Notes under the pieces: model-generated
What the model saw: only the letters and a program-made list of their open reading frames with translations
The model's database searches: none
What the model was told of the DNA's origin: nothing
Program-made: the position numbers and the translations under genes
Shown here: positions 1-9,796 of the stretch, one piece after another
How positions within the stretch are numbered: the first letter of the stretch is position 1
How the letters are laid out: each line of letters opens with the position of its first letter
NCBI RefSeq assembly: GCF_036402135.1
Contig: NZ_DASWTN010000002.1
Coordinates: forward strand, 22,279 to 86,278
DNA from: Allosphingosinicella sp.
GTDB lineage: Bacteria; Pseudomonadota; Alphaproteobacteria; Sphingomonadales; Sphingomonadaceae
Direction: 5' to 3'
Length of the DNA: 64,000 nucleotides

Positions 1-1464
1 CACAAGGCGCACCGCGATCCGCAGGCGGACGGGGCGCGGGAGCGGCTCGCTTATGACGAGGTGTTCGCTAACCAGCTTGCCCTGATGCTCGTCCGCGCTT
101 CCTCGCGCCGCAGAAAAGGCGTGCCACTGAAGGGAGACGGGCGGCTCAGGGATGCGCTGAAGCTGCCCTATGCGCCGACCGGTGCACAGGCGCACGCCAT
201 CGCGGAAATCGAGGGCGACATGCAGCAGGAGGTGCCGATGCTCCGCCTGCTGCAGGGCGATGTCGGCTCCGGCAAGACCCTGGTCGCGCTGAAGGCGCTG
301 CTGATCGCGGTCGAGGCCGGTGCGCAGGGGGCGATGCTTGCCCCGACCGAGATCCTCGCCCGCCAGCATTTCGACACGCTGACGCGGCAGCTTGCCGGGC
401 TGCCGATCAACGTCGCCATCCTCACCGGCCGCGAGAAGGGAAGGGCGCGGGAGTCGACGCTGATGGGCCTCGCCGACGGCTCCATAGACATTCTCGTTGG
501 CACCCACGCCATCTTTCAGGAGGCGGTAGCCTATAAGCGGCTCGGCCTCGCGGTGGTGGACGAACAGCATCGCTTCGGCGTCGCTCAGCGCATGATGCTC
601 GCCGCGAAGGCCGAGCGCCCGCCACACCTCCTCGTCATGACGGCAACGCCGATCCCGCGCACGCTGACGCTCGCCCAATATGGCGAGATGGACGTGAGCC
701 GCCTCGACGAGATGCCGCCCGGCCGCCAGCCGATCGAGACGCGGGTCCTCTCCTGCGACAGACTTGAGGAGGTGGCGGACGCGCTCGGGCGCCATATCGA
801 ACGGGGCGGGCAGGCTTATTGGGTCTGCCCCTTGGTCGAGGAGAGCGAAGCCTCCGATCAAGCGGCCGCCGAGGAACGTGCGCGGACGCTGCAGCAGCGT
901 TTCGGCGGCAAGGTGGGGCTCATCCACGGCCGCATGAAGGGGCCCGAGAAGGATGCCGTCATGGACGCCTTCTCTCGCGGCGAAATCGCGGTGCTCGTCG
1001 CCACGACCGTCATCGAAGTTGGCGTGGACGTGCCGAACGCCACCCTGATGATCATCGAAGGCGCCGACCGCTTCGGCCTTGCCCAGCTTCATCAGCTGCG
1101 CGGCAGGGTAGGGCGCGGCGATCAGCACAGCGTCTGCCTGCTTCTGCGGGGGAACACTTTGTCCGAAACCGCCCGCGCTCGGCTTGCTCTGATGCGGGAG
1201 ACGAATGACGGCTTCCGCATCGCCGAGGAGGATCTACGCCTTCGTGGCGGCGGCGAGATCCTCGGCACCAAACAATCCGGGGAAGCGCAGTTCCGCCTCG
1301 CCAGTCCCGAACAGATCGGCGAACTCATCCAGATCGCTACCGACGATGCGCGCCTCCTCGTCGACCGGGACGGAGGACTCACTGGCCCGCGTGGCCAGGC
1401 TGCGCGCACCTTGCTCTATCTCATGGAGCGGGATGCGGCGGTCGGTCTCCTTCGCTCCGGCTAG
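1..1464 (+). CDS. recG: ATP-dependent DNA helicase RecG, C-terminal part (5' end lies outside the window)
   Basis: Frame 1 is open from nt 1. Motifs: Walker A GDVGSGKTLVA, DEQH box VVDEQHRFGV, TATPIPRTL, QLHQLRGRVGRG. Confidence 0.93.
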   Translation, partial: HKAHRDPQADGARERLAYDEVFANQLALMLVRASSRRRKGVPLKGDGRLRDALKLPYAPTGAQAHAIAEIEGDMQQEVPMLRLLQGDVGSGKTLVALKALLIAVEAGAQGAMLAPTEILARQHFDTLTRQLAGLPINVAILTGREKGRARESTLMGLADGSIDILVGTHAIFQEAVAYKRLGLAVVDEQHRFGVAQRMMLAAKAERPPHLLVMTATPIPRTLTLAQYGEMDVSRLDEMPPGRQPIETRVLSCDRLEEVADALGRHIERGGQAYWVCPLVEESEASDQAAAEERARTLQQRFGGKVGLIHGRMKGPEKDAVMDAFSRGEIAVLVATTVIEVGVDVPNATLMIIEGADRFGLAQLHQLRGRVGRGDQHSVCLLLRGNTLSETARARLALMRETNDGFRIAEEDLRLRGGGEILGTKQSGEAQFRLASPEQIGELIQIATDDARLLVDRDGGLTGPRGQAARTLLYLMERDAAVGLLRSG

Positions 1465-1468
1465 GCAA

Positions 1469-2068
1469 ATGCTTCAATTCACGCGGAAATCGGCTAAAGA
1501 GCGACTCGTCTGTAGGAGGCATGACGTGTTCCGCCGTTTCTCTGTTGCGTTCAGTTTCATCCTGTTCTTCATCGCCGGGCCGCTTCAGGCGGCGGTCACG
1601 CTCACCTTCTATTCGAAGGAGCTCGGCGCGACTTTCCCGCATGCCTTCATCGCCCTCGACGGCACCACTGGGCCGGACAATGCACTGGTCAAGGCCACAT
1701 ACGGCTTCACCGCCAAGCGGATCAGCCCCGCCATCCTGATGGGCGATGTCGAGGGGATCCTGGAGCCGGTTACCGAAAGCTACCGGAAGGCGAGCGACGC
1801 GCATTTCTCCATCGAGCTGACGGACGCGCAATATGCCGCCGTTCTCGCCACGGTCGAGAAGTGGAAGAACATGCCCGGCAAGTCCTACAGCCTCAATAAG
1901 CGCAACTGCGTCTTCTTCGTGGGGGACGTTGCTCGCGCGGTGGGCCTCACCGTCGTCGAAGATCCGAAGCTGATGAAGAAGCCGCGTTCCTTCACGCAGA
2001 GCATCATGAAGCTTAATCCGCAGCTTTCCGCGCCCGTCCAACAGGCCGCGGCAGCAGCCACGGACTAG
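1469..2068 (+). CDS. hypothetical secreted protein with N-terminal signal-like helix; possible permuted papain-like (His...NC) motif
   Basis: In-frame ATG at 1469, alternative GTG at 1526. Hydrophobic leader [20 protein letters not shown]. Motifs FPHAFIAL and [14 protein letters not shown]. Convergent stop overlap with tyrS. Confidence 0.6.
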   Translation: MLQFTRKSAKERLVCRRHDVFRRFSVAFSFILFFIAGPLQAAVTLTFYSKELGATFPHAFIALDGTTGPDNALVKATYGFTAKRISPAILMGDVEGILEPVTESYRKASDAHFSIELTDAQYAAVLATVEKWKNMPGKSYSLNKRNCVFFVGDVARAVGLTVVEDPKLMKKPRSFTQSIMKLNPQLSAPVQQAAAAATD

Positions 2069-3285
2069 GCGGCCGTCAGCAGTCCGTGCTTCTTCTTGCC
2101 GGCGGAAATCCGGACGCCGTTCGCAACCTTGATCGTCACGTCCTCGCCGGTCTTTTCGCCATCGACGCGTGCGCCGCCGCCGGCGATCAGCCGCCGCGCC
2201 TCGCCTTTCGATGCGACAAGGCCCAAGCCGACGAGCGCATCCACGAGGCTGATCTCGCCGAGCACCGGCAGGGTCGGTAGCGCTTCCCCGGCGGCGCCCT
2301 CCTCGAACGTCTTGCGCGCCGTCTCGGCGGCTTCGGCGGCGGCCTCAGGGCCGTGGGCCATCGTTGTTGCCTCGTCAGCGAGGATCTTCTTCGCCTCATT
2401 GATCTCGCTTCCCTGAAGCGCCTCCAGCCGCGCGATCTCGTCCAGCGGCAGGTCAGTGAAGAGGCGCAGGAACTTGCCGACATCGGCATCCTGCGTGTTC
2501 CGCCAGAACTGCCAATAATCGTAGGGGCTGAGCTGATCCGCGTTCAGCCAGACCGCGCCCTTTTCCGTCTTCCCCATCTTGCCGCCGTCCGCGGTGGTGA
2601 TGAGGGGCGTCGTGACGCCGTAAACCTGCGTTCCATCGACGCGCCGGCAAAGCTCGATGCCGTTGACGATGTTGCCCCATTGGTCCGAGCCGCCGAGCTG
2701 CAGGCGGCACTCCGCACGTCGCGCCAGTTCAAGGAAATCATAGCCCTGCAGGATCATGTAGTTGAATTCGAGGAAAGAGAGCGACTGCTCCCGATCCATT
2801 CGGAGCTTCACGCTGTCGAAGCTGAGCATCCGATTGACGGAGAAATGCTGGCCGATCTCGCGCAAGAACGGGATATATTCAAGCTTGTCGAGCCAGTCAG
2901 CATTGTCGACCATCACGGCGTCGGTGCGGCCGTCGCCGAAGGTCAGGAACCGGTCGAACACGCGCTTGATAGAGGCGATGTTCGCATTGATCGTCTCAGC
3001 ATCGATCAGTTTCCGCGCCTCGTCTTTGAAGCTTGGATCGCCGATCTTCGATGTGCCGCCGCCCATGAGCACGATCGGCTTGTGCCCCGCCTGCTGGAGC
3101 CGCCGGAGCATCATGATCTGAACCAGGCTTCCGACGTGAAGCGAGGGCGCCGTCGCGTCGAAGCCGATATAGCCGGGCACGACCTCCTTCGTCGCAAGCG
3201 CGTCTAACCCCTCCGCATCGGTAAGCTGGTGGATGTACCCGCGGCTGTCGAGAAGGCGTAGAAGGTCAGATTTGTATTCGCTCAT
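2065..3285 (-). CDS. tyrS: tyrosine--tRNA ligase
   Basis: Starts MSEYKSDLL (ATG at 3285). The 593-aa track ORF is an upstream read-through. HIGH-like [13 protein letters not shown]-like KMGKT, C-terminal S4-like domain. Confidence 0.93.
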   Translation of the reverse strand: MSEYKSDLLRLLDSRGYIHQLTDAEGLDALATKEVVPGYIGFDATAPSLHVGSLVQIMMLRRLQQAGHKPIVLMGGGTSKIGDPSFKDEARKLIDAETINANIASIKRVFDRFLTFGDGRTDAVMVDNADWLDKLEYIPFLREIGQHFSVNRMLSFDSVKLRMDREQSLSFLEFNYMILQGYDFLELARRAECRLQLGGSDQWGNIVNGIELCRRVDGTQVYGVTTPLITTADGGKMGKTEKGAVWLNADQLSPYDYWQFWRNTQDADVGKFLRLFTDLPLDEIARLEALQGSEINEAKKILADEATTMAHGPEAAAEAAETARKTFEEGAAGEALPTLPVLGEISLVDALVGLGLVASKGEARRLIAGGGARVDGEKTGEDVTIKVANGVRISAGKKKHGLLTAA

Positions 3286-3348
3286 CGCGCGGCGGCTTAG
3301 CACAAAAACGGATGGCGTCGGCAAGCGAGTTCGGGCAGTTCCAAGGCG

Positions 3349-3885
3349 ATGCTGCGCCAGCCCCTGATCCCGCACCCGGATGCGCCGCATCCCGATATTG
3401 GACTGACGGCTGAGATTGCCCGCACCGGACCACGCGCTCTTCGGGTGCAGTTTCAGGTCACCGGCGCGGTCCAGCAGATCGAATATCCGCAGCCTGCCAA
3501 GCAGGAGCGGATGGACGAACTGTGGCGGCATACCTGCTTCGAGCTGTTCCTCGCATTCGGCGAGAGCGATTATCGCGAGTTCAACTTCTCGCCTTCGAAG
3601 CAGTGGGCGGCTTATGCCTTCAGCGGCTACCGAAGCGGCATGGCACGGCTCGATATTCCGGAGCCGCGTATTGAGCTCAGCCGCGACCTTCGGCCGGAAG
3701 GGCTGGCCGCATGGGTGACGCTTGATCCGGCGGTGCCAACGGACGTTCCGTGGCACATCGGCCTTTCGGCGGTAATCGAGGATCGCCGCGGCCGCACCTC
3801 CTATTGGGCGCTGGCGCACCCGCCGGGCAAACCCGATTTCCATCATCGCGATTGCTTTACGCTCGAACTCGCGGCAGCAGGCTAA
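3349..3885 (+). CDS. DOMON-like domain protein (hypothetical)
   Basis: 178-aa ORF with coding-like composition, 3 nt upstream of the DUF1343 gene. Recalled family resemblance only. Confidence 0.55.
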   Translation: MLRQPLIPHPDAPHPDIGLTAEIARTGPRALRVQFQVTGAVQQIEYPQPAKQERMDELWRHTCFELFLAFGESDYREFNFSPSKQWAAYAFSGYRSGMARLDIPEPRIELSRDLRPEGLAAWVTLDPAVPTDVPWHIGLSAVIEDRRGRTSYWALAHPPGKPDFHHRDCFTLELAAAG

Positions 3886-3888
3886 GCC

Positions 3889-5088
3889 ATGAAATTCGGT
3901 ATCGACCGCCTTCTCGCCGAACCGGCGCTCCGCGAGCCGCTTGAGGGGAAGCGCGTTGCGCTCCTAGCGCATCCCGCTTCGGTGACGGAAGACCTCACCC
4001 ACTCGCTGGACGCGCTCATCGCCTCCGGCCTTAACGTCAGCGCCGCGTTCGGCCCGCAGCACGGCCTCCGCGGCGACAAGCAGGACAATATGGTGGAGTC
4101 GGAGGATTTCACCGACCCTGTCCACGGCATCCCGATCTTCAGCCTCTACGGCGAGGTGCGCCGCCCGACCGGACAATCCATGGGCACCTTCGACGTCATC
4201 CTGGTCGACCTTCAGGACCTCGGCTGCCGCATCTACACCTTCATCACCACGCTTCTCTACATCCTCGAAGCCGCGGCTAAGCATGGCAAGGAAGTGTGGG
4301 TGCTCGATCGGCCCAATCCCGCGGGAAGGCCGGTCGAAGGGCTGACCCTACTTACCGGCTGGGAAAGTTTCGTTGGCGCCGGGCCGATGCCGATGCGCCA
4401 CGGCCTGACACTGGGCGAGCTCGGCCTTTGGTTCATCGACAAGATGAAGCTCGACGTGGAGTACCGCATCATCGAGATGGAGGGGTATCAGCCCGACGCC
4501 GCTCCCGGCTTCGGCTGGCCGGTAGACAGCCGTATCTGGATCAACCCCAGCCCTAATGCCGCCAATCTCAACATGGCGCGCGCTTATGCAGGCACGGTGA
4601 TGCTGGAGGGTACGACGCTGTCGGAGGGAAGGGGCACCACGCGCCCGCTGGAGCTGTTCGGCGCGCCGGACATCGACGCCCCCGCAGTCATCGGCGAAAT
4701 GCGCCGTTTGGCTCCGGATTGGCTCGCCGGCTGCGCCCTCCGCGAAATCTGGTTCGAGCCCACCTTCCACAAGCATGTGGACAAGCTCTGCAACGGCGTC
4801 CACATTCATGCCGAGGGCTGCTTCTACGATCATCAAGCCTTTAAGCCCTGGCGCCTTCAGTCGCTCGGCTTCAAGGCAATTCGCCGCCTCTACCCTGACT
4901 ACGGCCTGTGGCGCGATTTCCCGTACGAATACGAGTTCGGGAAGCTCGCTATCGACGTCATCAATGGGGGCGAAGGTCTGAGGCAGTGGGTGGATGATGC
5001 CGAAGCCGCACCCCAAGACTTGGACGCACTCACCAGCCCCGACGAGCAGGCTTGGGAGGAAGAGCGGCGGCCCTATCTCCGTTACTGA
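3889..5088 (+). CDS. DUF1343 family protein (NamZ/YbbC-like exo-beta-N-acetylmuramidase)
   Basis: 399 aa. N-terminus [22 protein letters not shown] and overall pattern typical of DUF1343. Confidence 0.8.
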   Translation: MKFGIDRLLAEPALREPLEGKRVALLAHPASVTEDLTHSLDALIASGLNVSAAFGPQHGLRGDKQDNMVESEDFTDPVHGIPIFSLYGEVRRPTGQSMGTFDVILVDLQDLGCRIYTFITTLLYILEAAAKHGKEVWVLDRPNPAGRPVEGLTLLTGWESFVGAGPMPMRHGLTLGELGLWFIDKMKLDVEYRIIEMEGYQPDAAPGFGWPVDSRIWINPSPNAANLNMARAYAGTVMLEGTTLSEGRGTTRPLELFGAPDIDAPAVIGEMRRLAPDWLAGCALREIWFEPTFHKHVDKLCNGVHIHAEGCFYDHQAFKPWRLQSLGFKAIRRLYPDYGLWRDFPYEYEFGKLAIDVINGGEGLRQWVDDAEAAPQDLDALTSPDEQAWEEERRPYLRY

Positions 5089-5100
5089 TCGCGCCGCGGT

Positions 5101-6252
5101 TTAGACGTCGATATCCCAACCAAGCGCCACCCGTCCTGTGAAGTCGAGCTGCGGCTTCTCCTGAAGCGGGTGGAAGCGGGCGCCCTGAACGTCGCGGAAT
5201 GCGCGTTCCAGCTCCATCGTCCGGTAGAATGCGCCGCCACCGGCGACCTCCATCGCCTGCTCCACCGTCCTGATCGCAGCCCGTCCGACCAATGTGCGGC
5301 AGGTCATCGTGCGGCTCGTCGTCTCCGGTCCAGGCGTGCCGGTTTCGGCAAGCGCGATCATCCGCTCCCATGCCATTTCCGCTTCGGCAAAGGCATTCTC
5401 CATCTCGCCGACGAGGTAGGGCAGGTGCCTATCCTCGGGCTTGCGGCGCGCAGCCGCCAAGGCTTTGGCACGTGCCCCTTCCGCCACGCCGACATAGGCC
5501 GAATAGATGAGCGGGAAGGCGATCATGCTGATGATGTGGAACAGCATGTGCCACTTGCTCTGCGGACGCCTTCCCGAGACTGCGGCGTCGGGGACGAATA
5601 CTTCGTTGAGCTCAATGTCGTTTGAGCCCGTGCCGCGCATTCCGAGCACCTTCCAGGTGTCGAGCATCTTCACGCCATCCGCCTTTAGAGGCACGGCGAA
5701 ATGAAGGACGGTCGGCTCTTCCTCCGGATCCTGATAGACGGCGCTGGTGACGAGCAGGTCGCCCGCGGGGCTGCCGCTGGAGAAGGGCTTGCGTGCCGTC
5801 ACCCGGAACCCGCCCTCCGCCTTCACCGCGACGCCGCCGCTCGGAAGCCAGTCCGAGCCCCCGCTCGATACGAGCACCAGATCCTCGCCCGCGACGCGCT
5901 TCAGCAGGCCTTCTGTGGGCGCCCCCTGATTGCGCCAGCGCCAGGCCGCAGCCGCTACAAGATGGCTGTGCATCGCGAAGGCAAGGGCAGTCGAGCCGCA
6001 GGCCGCGCCCAGTCGGCGGATGCTGCGACACATGTCCGTCACGGCCGCCCCGCCGCCGCCGAACTCCTCCGGCACCAACGCTTTGAAGAAGCCGTCCGCC
6101 TTCAGCAGCGCGTATGCCTCGCCGACGAAGCTGTCATTTGCGTCGTGCTCCGCGGCCTTTTCCGCAATCTTCGCTGCAATCTCGTCCGCTAGGGAAAGCC
6201 AATCCGTCCCGGGCTGCTGCGTCTTTGCCAACATGTCTTCTCGCTCCTTCAA
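5101..6252 (-). CDS. acyl-CoA dehydrogenase family protein
   Basis: 383 aa with ACAD-like N-terminal, middle and C-terminal layout. Alternative start at 6234 (MLAKTQQ). Confidence 0.8.
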   Translation of the reverse strand: MKEREDMLAKTQQPGTDWLSLADEIAAKIAEKAAEHDANDSFVGEAYALLKADGFFKALVPEEFGGGGAAVTDMCRSIRRLGAACGSTALAFAMHSHLVAAAAWRWRNQGAPTEGLLKRVAGEDLVLVSSGGSDWLPSGGVAVKAEGGFRVTARKPFSSGSPAGDLLVTSAVYQDPEEEPTVLHFAVPLKADGVKMLDTWKVLGMRGTGSNDIELNEVFVPDAAVSGRRPQSKWHMLFHIISMIAFPLIYSAYVGVAEGARAKALAAARRKPEDRHLPYLVGEMENAFAEAEMAWERMIALAETGTPGPETTSRTMTCRTLVGRAAIRTVEQAMEVAGGGAFYRTMELERAFRDVQGARFHPLQEKPQLDFTGRVALGWDIDV

Positions 6253-6400
6253 TGCCTGCGCGGCTCGGGGCCCGCTTCAAGGGCAGGCGAATAGACGCCG
6301 TGAGCGGCAGCCACTAGTTCAGCAACTGAATCGACCCGGTACAGGAACTGAACTGGCGCCTTTCTCCCGAAGAGAGTAATCTCTTTTCGGAGGACAGGCG

Positions 6401-7099
6401 ATGCCCGACCGAAGCTACAAGCAATTCTGCCCCGTCGCGATGGCTGCGGAAATTTTGTGTACACGCTGGACTGTAGTCCTGCTCCGCGAGCTGGTTGCGG
6501 GCTCGAGCCGCTTTAACGAATTGAGGCGTGGCATGCCGCGCATGTCTCCAGCCCTGCTTTCGCAGCGCCTGAAGGAGCTGGAAGCCGCCGGGATCGTCCG
6601 CCGCACCCCGTCCGCGACGGAGCCTGGAGTGTCCGAATATGGCCTCACCGATGCTGGCAAGGAGCTTGAGCCGCTAATCGAGGCGTTCGGCCGCTGGGGC
6701 CAGCGCTGGGTGACGACCGAGCTTTCGCTGGAGCATCTCGAAGCCTCGCTCCTGATGTGGGATATGCGCCGGAACCTCATCACCGATCCAATGCCGCGGC
6801 ATCGGAACGTCATCCACTTCCGCTATCCCGAGCAGGCAGCGGTCGACCGTTCCTGGTGGCTGATCGTCGAGCCCGATATGCCGGTCGATCTCTGCTCGGT
6901 CGATCCCGGTTTCGATGTCGATCTCTACGTCTCCACCGGCCTCCGGACGATGACGGCGATCTGGATGGGCCTCGACACCGTCCGCGCCGCGCTCGCCAGC
7001 CAGCGGATGCACCTTACGGGCGACGAGACGCTGGCAAAGGACATGCAGGCGTGGCTCGGTCTCAGCCCCTTTGCCGCCGTCCAGAAGCTGGTGGCCTAA
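6401..7099 (+). CDS. HxlR-family winged-helix regulator with extra C-terminal domain
   Basis: FCPVAMAAEILCTRWTVVLLRELVAGSSRFNELRR..SPALLSQRLKELEAAGIV is a classic HxlR signature. SD GGAGGA lies upstream of the ATG. Confidence 0.85.
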   Translation: MPDRSYKQFCPVAMAAEILCTRWTVVLLRELVAGSSRFNELRRGMPRMSPALLSQRLKELEAAGIVRRTPSATEPGVSEYGLTDAGKELEPLIEAFGRWGQRWVTTELSLEHLEASLLMWDMRRNLITDPMPRHRNVIHFRYPEQAAVDRSWWLIVEPDMPVDLCSVDPGFDVDLYVSTGLRTMTAIWMGLDTVRAALASQRMHLTGDETLAKDMQAWLGLSPFAAVQKLVA

Positions 7100-8274
7100 G
7101 CCTTGCGGCTCAGCGTCCGCATCGCTTCGTCCAGGCCTTCCAGCGTCAGCGGGTACATGCGGTCCTGCATCAGCCGGCGGATGAGCAGGATGGACTGGCT
7201 GTAACCCCAATACTCATCGCGCATCGGGTTCAGCCACACGGCTGAGGGATAAGTATTGGTGAGGCGCTGCATCCAGACCGCGCCCGCTTCGTCGTTGAAA
7301 TGCTCGACCGAGCCGCCGGGGTGGGTGATCTCATAGGGACTCATCGATGCGTCGCCGACGAAGATCAGCTTGTAATCGTGCCCATATTTGTGGAGCACGT
7401 CCCAAGTCGGCGTCCGTTCGGTGAACCGGCGGCGATTGTCCTTCCACACGCCTTCGTAGACGCAATTGTGGAAGTAGAAGAATTCCATGTTCTTGAATTC
7501 GGACGTGGCGGCGGAGAACAGCTCCTCGCAGACGCGGATATGCGGGTCCATTGAGCCGCCAACGTCGAGGAAGAGGAGAAGCTTCACGGCATTATGCCGC
7601 TCGGGTCGCATCTGGATGTCGAGCCAGCCTTTCCGCGCGGTGCCGTTGATCGTGCCGTCTATGTCGAGCTCATCCGCCGCGCCTTCGCGGGCAAAGCGGC
7701 GGAGGCGCCGGAGCGCGACCTTGATGTTGCGAGTGCCGAGCTCCTTCGAGCTGTCGAGGTTACGGAATTCGCGCTTGTCCCAGACTTTGATTGCGCTTCG
7801 CTGGCCGCCTTCGCCGCCGATACGTACGCCTTCCGGATTGTAGCCTGAATTGCCGAAGGGGGAGGTGCCGCCGGTGCCGATCCACTTATTGCCGCCCTGG
7901 TGCCGCTCCTTCTGCTCCTCGAGCCGCTTCTTCAGCGTCTCCATTATCTCTTCCCAGGAACCCAGCGATTTGATCTCGGCCATCTGCTCCGGCGTGAGGT
8001 AGAGTTCGGCCACCTTCTTCAGCCACTCCTCTGGTATTGGAACGGCTTCGGTTCCGTAGTCGATCTCGATCCCTTTGAAGACCTTCCCGAACACCTGATC
8101 GAAGCGGTCGAGGAGCGCCTCGTCCTTCACGAAGGTGGCGCGGGCGAGATAGTAGAACTCCTCCGGGCTGGCCGCGATGATGTCCGCGTCTAGCGCTTGC
8201 AGCAACGTGAGATGCTCCTTCAGCGAGGCCGGGATGCCCGCCGCGCGAAGCTCGTCGACAAAGGAGAAGAACAT
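7096..8274 (-). CDS. VWA domain protein, CoxE-like (MoxR partner type)
   Basis: 392 aa. C-terminal VWA/MIDAS-like LFLDVGGSMD. N-terminus MFFSFVDELRAAGIP is typical of CoxE-like proteins. Confidence 0.8.
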   Translation of the reverse strand: MFFSFVDELRAAGIPASLKEHLTLLQALDADIIAASPEEFYYLARATFVKDEALLDRFDQVFGKVFKGIEIDYGTEAVPIPEEWLKKVAELYLTPEQMAEIKSLGSWEEIMETLKKRLEEQKERHQGGNKWIGTGGTSPFGNSGYNPEGVRIGGEGGQRSAIKVWDKREFRNLDSSKELGTRNIKVALRRLRRFAREGAADELDIDGTINGTARKGWLDIQMRPERHNAVKLLLFLDVGGSMDPHIRVCEELFSAATSEFKNMEFFYFHNCVYEGVWKDNRRRFTERTPTWDVLHKYGHDYKLIFVGDASMSPYEITHPGGSVEHFNDEAGAVWMQRLTNTYPSAVWLNPMRDEYWGYSQSILLIRRLMQDRMYPLTLEGLDEAMRTLSRKA

Positions 8275-8340
8275 GGGCCGCTCTTACGCCGGCTTGCAGC
8301 GCCTTGCCAGCGGCTCGCTGGTTAACGGCCTTTCAACCAA

Positions 8341-8355
8341 TGGCACTTAATCAGC
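8341..8355 (+). promoter_or_regulatory. candidate sigma-54 (-24/-12) promoter TGGCACttaatcAGC
   Basis: GG and GC dinucleotides are spaced exactly as in the TGGCAC-N5-TTGC consensus. The site lies about 32 nt upstream of the MCP GTG start. Confidence 0.3.
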
Positions 8356-8386
8356 CTCCCACAACAAGATTGAAGATGGGGCAGGC

Positions 8387-9793
8387 GTGGCAAGCTCAGC
8401 GATTGAACAGACGGATGGCAACGCGATCAACACGGTGGCACGCAATTGCGGCTCGCTGGCGATCGAATGCAGCGACGTTTCCGGCTACGTCGCCGGCGTT
8501 TCCGACCGCATTTCCTCCAACTTGAAGACGCTCGACGCGCTCGAGGAGATCACCAGTCGCCTTCTGGCCGATCAGGCGCGGGTCGCCGATTCCACCGACG
8601 AAGCCCGGGTGCTTGCCGAACAGGCACGCGAGAAGCTGGGGCAGGGCCGCTCCGCCATCGAAGACACGATAAAGATCTTCAGCGGCCTGACCGATCTCGT
8701 CGTCCAGCTTGGCGACCGGATGGCCGGGTTCGCCGAGGCCATGGGTCAGGTCCAGAACGTCTCCTCGACGATCGAGACGATTGCTAACAAGACGAACATG
8801 CTGGCGCTCAACGCTACGATCGAAGCTGCGCGAGCCGGTGAGGCGGGACGGAGCTTCGCCGTCGTCGCGGCCGAGGTGAAGAAGCTCGCGCACGACACGC
8901 GCTCGGCCACCAGCCAGATCGCGTCCACTGTCAATTCGCTTACCCGTGAGGCGGAGGCAGTGACTTCCGAAATCAAGGCGGGTGTCGACAAGAGCCGTAT
9001 CGCCCAGTCGAGCTTCAGCGCGATCAACGACACCGTTCGCGACGTCGCCGACATCGTGGCAATGGTGGACCGTCAGACAGACGGCATCGCCCAGTCCACC
9101 GCACTCATTCAGCAGAGCGTCGACAGCGTGAAGGGCGGCCTCTCCAATTTCGCGTCAGACGCCCGGGCCAATGGCGGCGAGCTTCTGAAGACGCAGGAGC
9201 GGCTCGCGAAGCTCGAGCTGATGTCCAACGACATGCTGGACAAGCTTGCCAGCTGCGGCGTCCGCATCGATGACACGACCTTTATTGAGCGCGCCCAGCA
9301 GTTCAATCGCGAACTCGTCCGTCTCGTCGAAAAGGCCATCGAACGGGGCCAGATCAGCGAGGAGGCGGTGTTCGACACACATTACGTGCCGATGCCGGGT
9401 ACCAACCCTACCCAATATTCGACGCGCTTCTGCGACTTTGCCGACGAACATGTCCGGCCCGTGCTCGATCGGCTGATGACGAGTGACGGCCGCCACATCG
9501 GCTGTGTCATGAGCGACATCAACGGCTATCTGCCGACGCACATAACTGAACGCTCGCAGCCGCAGGGGCCGGATCCCAAGTGGAATGCCGAACATTGCCG
9601 CAACCGTCGCAACTTCATCGACGACGCGACGCGCCGCGCCATTGACAGCGAGAATGACGCAATGCTGGTAACCTACCGCATGAATCTCGGCGAGGGCCGC
9701 TACCTGCCAGTCAAGAACGTGTTCGTGCCGATGTACATTGCCGGTCGCCGCTGGGGCAATTTCGAGCTCGCCTACCGCGACGAGGCGCGCTGA
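8387..9793 (+). CDS. soluble methyl-accepting chemotaxis protein; signalling domain N-terminal, uncharacterised C-terminal domain
   Basis: MCP hairpin-tip motif [32 protein letters not shown]. No hydrophobic TM stretch seen. GTG start. Confidence 0.85.
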   Translation: MASSAIEQTDGNAINTVARNCGSLAIECSDVSGYVAGVSDRISSNLKTLDALEEITSRLLADQARVADSTDEARVLAEQAREKLGQGRSAIEDTIKIFSGLTDLVVQLGDRMAGFAEAMGQVQNVSSTIETIANKTNMLALNATIEAARAGEAGRSFAVVAAEVKKLAHDTRSATSQIASTVNSLTREAEAVTSEIKAGVDKSRIAQSSFSAINDTVRDVADIVAMVDRQTDGIAQSTALIQQSVDSVKGGLSNFASDARANGGELLKTQERLAKLELMSNDMLDKLASCGVRIDDTTFIERAQQFNRELVRLVEKAIERGQISEEAVFDTHYVPMPGTNPTQYSTRFCDFADEHVRPVLDRLMTSDGRHIGCVMSDINGYLPTHITERSQPQGPDPKWNAEHCRNRRNFIDDATRRAIDSENDAMLVTYRMNLGEGRYLPVKNVFVPMYIAGRRWGNFELAYRDEAR

Positions 9794-9796
9794 TCG

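Noticed and set aside
3286-3846. N-terminal 187-codon extension of the tyrS ORF
   Set aside because: Canonical TyrS begins at MSEYKSDLL. The extension overlaps the DOMON-like gene on the other strand and has no similarity to aaRS N-termini.
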